Source of the DNA: an uncultured delta proteobacterium
GTDB taxonomy: Bacteria > Myxococcota_A > Polyangia > Polyangiales > B10-G4
Direction of reading: 5' to 3'
Length of the DNA stretch: 64,000 nt
Assembly: GCA_963727445.1 (NCBI GenBank)
Contig: CAVSGI010000006.1
Coordinates: 416,001 to 480,000, forward strand
Positions 58,006 to 64,000 of this stretch are shown one piece after another. The notes below the pieces were generated by a model, which did no database searches, was not told the origin of the DNA, and saw only the letters and a program-made list of their open reading frames with translations. How positions within the stretch are numbered: position 1 is the first letter of the stretch; each line of letters opens with the position of its first letter. Made by a program: the position numbers and the translations under genes.

Positions 58006-59267
58006 GCGTGTGGAAACGCCTCTTCGGGCTCGACCGGGCCCCCGGCACCGAAGACGAGCCCGCGCCCGCCGAGAAGAAGGACGCGCCGCGCGCACGGGGG
58101 CGCGGAGCCGCGGAGGCCGACCCCTCTTCTCCGGACGCGCGCCTCGAAGCGATGGGGGACGCACCCTCGGCGGCGATCGACGAGGGCGAGGTGCTCGCGC
58201 TCTTCGAGGCCCTCGAGTCGCGCGGCCGCCAGGCGCGTGCCCTCGACCTCGCGCGCCGCGTTCTCGCCCATCACCCCGAGCTCCACGTGCTCCGCCTGCG
58301 CATCGCGCAGTCGCTCTCGTCGCGGGGCGACGACTCGGGAGCCCATCAGGTCCTCGAATCCTTGGTGGCCACCGCGGAGCCCCCGCTCGAAGCGCTGATG
58401 CTCGCCGCCGAAATCGCCGAGCGCGCCGGGGATCTCTCGGGCGCCATGGCGCTCTACCAGCGCGTGCTCGCGCGCGACCTCGACTTCGCCCAGGCGCGGG
58501 AGCGCGTGGCGCGGATCCGCGAGCGCAGGGAGCCGCGGCGGGAGCTCGCCGGGGCCACGCTGATGACCGACGGTGCCCTCGCACGAGGCCGTTACCGGGT
58601 TCAGCGGGAGCTCGGGCGGGGCGGCGCGGGCACGGTCTTCGCCGCGCGGGATGACCGCATCGGTCGAGTCGTGGCCCTCAAGGTCTATCACCGCCGGGGG
58701 CGCGTCGAGCGCGAGCGCCTGCTCGCCGAAGCGCAGACCCCGGCGAACCTCGAGCACCCAGGCGTGGTGCGCATCTTCGACCTCGACCCGGGGCTCGGGG
58801 CCATCGCCATGGAGTGGGTGCGGGGCGGCTCGATCCGCCACGAGATCGACGTGCGGGCGATCCCCATCGAGCGGGTGAAGCTCTGGCTCCGGACCGCCCT
58901 CGAAGCGCTCTCCTTCGTTCATGCCGCCGGCTTCGTGCATCGCGACCTCAAGCCCTCGAACTTCCTGCTCCGCGAGGACGGCCGCGTGGTGCTCACCGAC
59001 TTCGGGCTCGCGACCCGCATCGGCGAGGTGGGCATCGCGAGCGGGGGGCAGGGGACCCTCGCCTACATGGCCCCAGAGCAACGCCGCGCTGACGCCGAGG
59101 CGGCGCCCCCCGAGGACGTGCACGCCTTCGGCGCCAGCATGCGCGAGCTCTTGGGCAAGGCGAGCGGGGAGATCCCTTCGGCCCTGCTCTCCCTCGCCGA
59201 GGCGTGTACAGTCGGCGATCCCGCTTCCCGTCCGACGATGGACGAGCTACTGAGCGCCCTGTCATGA
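58002..59267 (+). CDS. Ser/Thr protein kinase with N-terminal TPR
   Basis: GRGGAGTV, VALK, HRDLKPSN, DFG, GTLAYMAPE; ATGA overlap with the FHA gene. Confidence 0.9.
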   Translation: MSVWKRLFGLDRAPGTEDEPAPAEKKDAPRARGRGAAEADPSSPDARLEAMGDAPSAAIDEGEVLALFEALESRGRQARALDLARRVLAHHPELHVLRLRIAQSLSSRGDDSGAHQVLESLVATAEPPLEALMLAAEIAERAGDLSGAMALYQRVLARDLDFAQARERVARIRERREPRRELAGATLMTDGALARGRYRVQRELGRGGAGTVFAARDDRIGRVVALKVYHRRGRVERERLLAEAQTPANLEHPGVVRIFDLDPGLGAIAMEWVRGGSIRHEIDVRAIPIERVKLWLRTALEALSFVHAAGFVHRDLKPSNFLLREDGRVVLTDFGLATRIGEVGIASGGQGTLAYMAPEQRRADAEAAPPEDVHAFGASMRELLGKASGEIPSALLSLAEACTVGDPASRPTMDELLSALS

Positions 59268-60112
59268 ACATCGAGAGTGCAGCCGACTATCCCCGTACGA
59301 GCGAGGCGTCCTTCGTCCGCACCCGCGACGGCGTCCAGCAGCGCGTTCGCCGCTGGCCCACGGAAGGGACGCCGAGGGCATCGATTGTGATACACCATGG
59401 CCTGGGGGAGCACAGCGGTCGCTATGAGCGCACCGGCCGCCTCCTGGCCGATGGGGGCTTCGACGTGAGCGCCTTCGATTGCCGTGGTCACGGGGAGACG
59501 AAGGGGCGCCAGGGGTATGTTCACGACGTCAATCAGTTCTTGGATGATATCGAGGATCACCTCATAAGAGCTCGGGATATCAGTGAGAAAGTCGTTTTGA
59601 TGGGACACTCGATGGGAGGCCTCCTGGCCTGTCGTTACGCTGTGAGCGACCGACCGCAGCCCGACCTGCTGATCCTCTCGGCCCCCGCTCTCGACGCGGC
59701 GATCCCGAGCTGGCAGCGCACGGCCGTGCCCCTCCTCGCCAAGGTCCTGCCCAAGCTTCCCCTCGACACGCCGGTCAGGCGAGGACAACTCACGCGTGAT
59801 ACGAAGGTCGAGGACGCCTACTTCGCCAATCCCCTCGTCTTCACGGCCGGGACCAGCCGACTCGGGGGAGTGCTGCTCGAAGCCCAGGACTACGCACGGA
59901 GCCATGCCGACCGCATCCGCGTGCCGACTCTGGTGATCCACGGCGGCCGAGACGAGCTCGTCTCACCGGGCTTCAGCGAGCCTCTCGGCCATCTCGAGGG
60001 GGTAGAGCGAAAGGTCTTTCCGAGCCTGAGGCACGAGACGCTCAACGAGCCCGAGGGCCCCGAGGTCGTCGCCTTCCTCCTCGCTTGGCTCGACCGCCAC
60101 CTCGCCGCCTGA
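59264..60112 (+). CDS. Alpha/beta hydrolase (lysophospholipase-like)
   Basis: HGLGEHSGRY, DCRGHG, GHSMGG, HETLNEP. Confidence 0.9.
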   Translation: MNIESAADYPRTSEASFVRTRDGVQQRVRRWPTEGTPRASIVIHHGLGEHSGRYERTGRLLADGGFDVSAFDCRGHGETKGRQGYVHDVNQFLDDIEDHLIRARDISEKVVLMGHSMGGLLACRYAVSDRPQPDLLILSAPALDAAIPSWQRTAVPLLAKVLPKLPLDTPVRRGQLTRDTKVEDAYFANPLVFTAGTSRLGGVLLEAQDYARSHADRIRVPTLVIHGGRDELVSPGFSEPLGHLEGVERKVFPSLRHETLNEPEGPEVVAFLLAWLDRHLAA

Positions 60113-60122
60113 CACCTCTGCG

Positions 60123-61202
60123 GTGCCCCCCGAGAAGAAACGGGTCGTCTTCATCGACCTCCTCAGGCTTCTGGCCACCTTCCAGATGGTCCAGGGCCAC
60201 AGCGTCGACGCCGTCCTCGCCACGGACCTCCGCACCGGGCCGGTCTTCGCGGCGTGGAGCTGGATTCGGGGCCTGACCTCGGTTGCCTTCCTCTTCGCGG
60301 CGGGGGTCTCCTTTCACCTCGCCACCCTCAGCCGCTTCGAGGCTCATCGCGCGAGCCCAGCCGCCATCAAGCGCCGCATCAAGCGCGGGTTGCTCCTCGT
60401 CTTCATCGGCTACCTCCTGCACAACCCCTTCGGCGCGCTCTTCAGTGGTCATTGGGGTGCAGCACTCGCCCACGCGGCCATCGTCGACGTGCTCCAATGC
60501 ATCGGCGTATCGATATTGATTCTCGAGGGTTTGACCCTCGTCCTTCGCTCACCGCGTCAGGTGGTGGTCACCTCGGGGGTACTCGCCGCCGTGGTGATCC
60601 TGAGCTGGCCCCTCACGGAAGCGGCGCCCACCACTGGGCCCGAGGCCTGGCTCACCAACTACCTCACCCACGCGGGCGGCTCGATCTTCCCGCTCTTCCC
60701 CTGGGCCGGTTACCTCTTCACCGGGGTGGTGGTCGGCGCCATCGCATGCCCCAGCGGTCAGCTCGAGCGGCGCGGCGTCCTCTTTCTCTTCGTCTTCGCC
60801 GCCGCCCTCTGGGCCGCTTCGGCGTCGGTGCGCTTCCTCCCCTACGCAGCGGACGCGCCCGATCCCGGCCCGGGAATCTTCAAGCTCGCCGTCATCGTGC
60901 TGATCTCGGCGCTCCTCGCCCTGGCCACCGCGACCCGCTCCTCCCTTCCGCGGCTCCTCACGATCCTCGCCGGAGAGACGTTGGTGATCTACGTCGTGCA
61001 CATCGCGCTCCTCTACGGCGACGGCTATGGGCTGGCCGACCAAATGGGGCCGACGGCGAGCGCGGGGACGGCACTCCTGGTGGCGCTGGGCATGGTGATC
61101 GTGTCGGCTTTGGTGGGGATCGGCTGGCATCGCCTCAAGGAGATCCGCTCGGGCCGCGGCGGCGGGCCCACGGCTCTTGCCCGGGGGGTCAAAGCGGGTT
61201 AA
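60123..61202 (+). CDS. Membrane acyltransferase (DUF1624/HGSNAT-like)
   Basis: RVVFIDLLRLLA..MVQGH, FLFAAGVS, DVLQCIG, FPLFPW; multiple TMs. Confidence 0.8.
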   Translation: MPPEKKRVVFIDLLRLLATFQMVQGHSVDAVLATDLRTGPVFAAWSWIRGLTSVAFLFAAGVSFHLATLSRFEAHRASPAAIKRRIKRGLLLVFIGYLLHNPFGALFSGHWGAALAHAAIVDVLQCIGVSILILEGLTLVLRSPRQVVVTSGVLAAVVILSWPLTEAAPTTGPEAWLTNYLTHAGGSIFPLFPWAGYLFTGVVVGAIACPSGQLERRGVLFLFVFAAALWAASASVRFLPYAADAPDPGPGIFKLAVIVLISALLALATATRSSLPRLLTILAGETLVIYVVHIALLYGDGYGLADQMGPTASAGTALLVALGMVIVSALVGIGWHRLKEIRSGRGGGPTALARGVKAG

Positions 61203-61212
61203 CCCGCCCCCG

Positions 61213-62091
61213 ATGGCCAAGAAGCCCAAGGTGCAGCCCCGGGATCCCAACAAGGCCCTGGCCGAGATGGAGCGGCCCGCGGTCCGCTGGAAAGTGGTTG
61301 GGCTGGTCGGCCTGGGCTTCGTCGCTCTGTGGGCGCTGGCCATCGGTCTGATGCCGTGGGCCGGCTACGTCGGCGTCGGGGTGGCCGGTGTGCTCACCAT
61401 CGCGGCCCTCGGCTTCGGCATCTACATGCTCCGGCTGACCCGCAAGAGTCAGGGCATCGTCGACATCCTCAAGACGGCGACGGACGAAGAGGGGCGCAAG
61501 GCGGCCCTCGAGAAGCTCGACGAGAAGGTGGAGAAGGGAGACGCCATGGCCGCGCTGGCCAAGGCGCAGCTCGTCGCCCAGGACAAGCCCAACGAGGCGG
61601 TCAAGGTGCTCGAGGCGGTGGACATCGACAAGACTCCAGCCGCGATCCGCGACGACGTTCGCGCGAACCTCGGGCTGCTCTACCTGATGACCGGGCGCGC
61701 CAAGGACGCGCGCGCGCTGGCGGACGAGATCACCTTCAAGAACCAGCCGCAGCCGAAGGCGAAGGCGATGTACGCAGCGGTGGTGGCCGAGGCGTTCGCG
61801 CGCACCGGCAAGTCGAAGGAAGCGAAGAACCTCCTCGAGACCTATCCCGCCGAGGACCCGGCCTACGGGGAGGTGGGCGCCATGCTCTACCGCGCGCAGG
61901 TCTACACCTTCATGGCGACGAAGAACCGCGGCCTCGCGAAGAAGGCCATGGAGAAGCTCGGCACCATCGACCCCAACATGGTCGCCGCGTTCGTGGGCAA
62001 GGGGAACAACCCCCAGATCCAGAAGATGGCCAAGCAGGTCATCCAGGGGCTGGGGATGATGCCCAAGCAGAAGGTTCGGATGATGCGCTGA
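61213..62091 (+). CDS. Membrane-anchored helical/TPR-like hypothetical protein
   Basis: Two N-terminal TMs followed by helical repeats. Confidence 0.65.
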   Translation: MAKKPKVQPRDPNKALAEMERPAVRWKVVGLVGLGFVALWALAIGLMPWAGYVGVGVAGVLTIAALGFGIYMLRLTRKSQGIVDILKTATDEEGRKAALEKLDEKVEKGDAMAALAKAQLVAQDKPNEAVKVLEAVDIDKTPAAIRDDVRANLGLLYLMTGRAKDARALADEITFKNQPQPKAKAMYAAVVAEAFARTGKSKEAKNLLETYPAEDPAYGEVGAMLYRAQVYTFMATKNRGLAKKAMEKLGTIDPNMVAAFVGKGNNPQIQKMAKQVIQGLGMMPKQKVRMMR

Positions 62092-62158
62092 GTCGGCGGA
62101 GGGGCCGCGAATCCCTCGACGGTCGCGGTCTCTCGAGCGAAGCCCTCTGGGCGGCGAG

Positions 62159-63506
62159 ATGACGGAACGGGAAGAGAGCGCGCAGCGCACCCCGGCCCAG
62201 GACGTGGTTCGGCTCGCGGCGCCGGCCATCGCCCAACAGCTCCTGCACACCCTGGTCTTCCTGATCGATCGGGCGATGCTGGGACGGCACGCCGCGTCGT
62301 CGCTCGCGTCGATGCAGATCAGCGGACCCATCGTCTGGACCAGCGTGAGCTTCTTGTCGGCGGTGACGGTGGGCACCGTGGCGCTGGTCGGGCGCGCGGT
62401 CGGCGCGAGGGATCGACGTCTCGCCACGGGCGCCGCCCGAGGGAGCCTGCTCTTCGCGGGCCTGGTTGGGGTGGTCGTCTCGGCGGCGGGCCTCCTCGCG
62501 CTCCCGGCGATCCTCTGGCTCTTCCCCGCGGCCGGCGAGGAGGTGCGGGAAGCCGCCCGCGGCTACCTCTCGGTCTTTCTTCCGTCGATGCCCTTCTTCC
62601 TCCTCTCGTTCACGGGCGCCGCCATTCTCACCGCGGCGGGCGACACCAAGACGCCCTTCGTCGTCGCCGCCGTTGGCAACGTGATCAACGTCGTCGTCAA
62701 CTGGCTCTTGATCTTCGGCCGCGGCGGTGCGCCCGAGCTCGGGGCCGAGGGGGCCGCGGTGGGCAGCGCGGCGGCGATGGCGTTTCAGGCGCTGGTGCTG
62801 GTCTCGATCCTCGCGCGGCGGGGCGGACGGGTGAGCTTTCGCGGCGAGGCCGACGTGCCCGCCGCCCTGCGCCGCATGCTGCGAGTCGCAGCGCCGAGCG
62901 CAGCCGAGCGCGGCGTGCAGCAGGCGGGCTTTGTCGGCTTCGTGATGATGATCGGCGCTCTCGGCGCGACGGCGATGGCGGCCAACCAGGCCCTCGTCTC
63001 CCTCGAGTCGATTCTGCTTCCTATCGGCGGATGGCTTCGGCGTCGCCGCGGCGGCCGTGGTCGCGCAGCGCCTGGGCGCCCGCCGCCCCGAGGACGCCGC
63101 GCTGGCCGGGCGCGCGGCGACCTTCTACGCGGTGGTGGCGCTCAGCGTCTACGCCGTCCTCGTCTCTTCGATGCCGGCGATCCTGCTCGGGGTCTTCACC
63201 GACGAGGCCGCGATCGTGGCGGCCGGTGTGCCGGTGATGGTGGTCCTCGCCGTCGCCCAGCCCTTCATGGCGGTGGGGATCGTGATGAGTCAGACGTTGC
63301 GCGGTGCAGGGGAGACGCGGGCGCCCTTCGTGGTGATGGTGGCCGGAGGCTTGGTCCTTCGCCTCTTCGCGACCTGGCTCTTCGCGTTTCCGTTGGGCCT
63401 CGGACTCTTGGGGGTGTGGATTGGCTCGACCGTCGACTGGATGCTTCGCGCGGCCCTGCTCGGCTGGGTCTACTTCCGCGGCGGCTGGAAGGACGTCGCG
63501 GTCTGA
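62159..63506 (+). CDS. MATE family efflux transporter (frameshift near 63015)
   Basis: LAAP..IDRAMLG, GDTKTP, NWLLIFG..G.PELGAEGAA, LRGAGETRAP, LGLLGVWIG. Confidence 0.88.
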
Positions 63507-63558
63507 CGCCGTTGACGGGCGCTTCGCCGGGTCTACTTCTCTGCCCGGGGGAGCGGTG

Positions 63559-64000
63559 ATGACTCGACTCAGATACCTCGACAAGGCCCGTGTGAAGAAT
63601 CTGATGACCGAGGACGTCGTCAGCCTCACGAGGACGCAGAGCATCCCCCTCGCCGAGTCGCTGATGAAGATGAAGCGGGTGCGTCATCTGCCCGTGGTGG
63701 ACGGTGACGGAAAGCTCGTCGGGCTGGTGACGCACCGCGATCTGCTCAGAGCGAAGCTCAGCGAGCTCTCGCCGATGAGCGAGGACGAGCGCAGCTCCGA
63801 GGAGCTGTCGATCCCGGTCTCCTCGATCATGCAGGACAGCGTCTGGACCGTGACGCCGGACACCATGGCCAACAAGGCGGCCAACATGCTGCGCGACCAC
63901 CGCTTCGGCTGCCTGCCAGTGGTGCAGGAAGGAAAGCTCGTCGGCATTCTCACCGAGGCCGACTTCGTCGACGCGGTGGTGCTCGGCGAGCGCGACGAGA
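63559..64000 (+). CDS. CBS domain protein (runs off the window end)
   Basis: Translated by hand: VKNLMTEDVV, RVRHLPVVDGDGKLVGLVTHRDL, FGCLPVVQEGKLVGILTEAD. Confidence 0.85.
   Translation, partial: MTRLRYLDKARVKNLMTEDVVSLTRTQSIPLAESLMKMKRVRHLPVVDGDGKLVGLVTHRDLLRAKLSELSPMSEDERSSEELSIPVSSIMQDSVWTVTPDTMANKAANMLRDHRFGCLPVVQEGKLVGILTEADFVDAVVLGERDE

Overview
High-GC DNA whose gene content (MYXO-CTERM-type sorting signals, Cys-rich repeat lipoproteins, Ser/Thr kinases, pilB) points to a myxobacterium, probably Polyangiales/Sandaracinaceae-like; this is an inference. Many genes, including carA, pyrC and scoAB, are broken by single-base frameshifts, most likely long-read consensus errors. Ordinary content: a coupled OM-protein/FecR/kinase/ATPase-TPR operon, TetR plus a CoA-activase/dehydratase pair, a cluster of secreted Cys-rich proteins with a lysyl oxidase, a double-length UvrA, scoAB, carA, pyrC, pilB, an FHA/kinase pair, MATE and CBS genes. 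The outstanding feature is a minus-strand locus at about 24.8-33.4 kb. Two structured non-coding RNAs, one a circularly permuted tRNA mimic (YrlA-like Y RNA) that keeps a CUA anticodon arm, lie directly upstream of a Ro60-sized vWA protein. Downstream come a candidate E2-like protein, an intervening S8 peptidase, a JAB peptidase, a 76-aa ubiquitin-like protein ending in Gly with an in-frame 3x111-bp repeat tail, and a ThiF/E1 enzyme. A divergent RtcB-like RNA ligase lies 2.3 kb upstream. Together this suggests a Ro/Y-RNA RNA-repair module coupled to a bacterial ubiquitin-like conjugation cascade. All family assignments are from motif recognition by eye; no searches were run.
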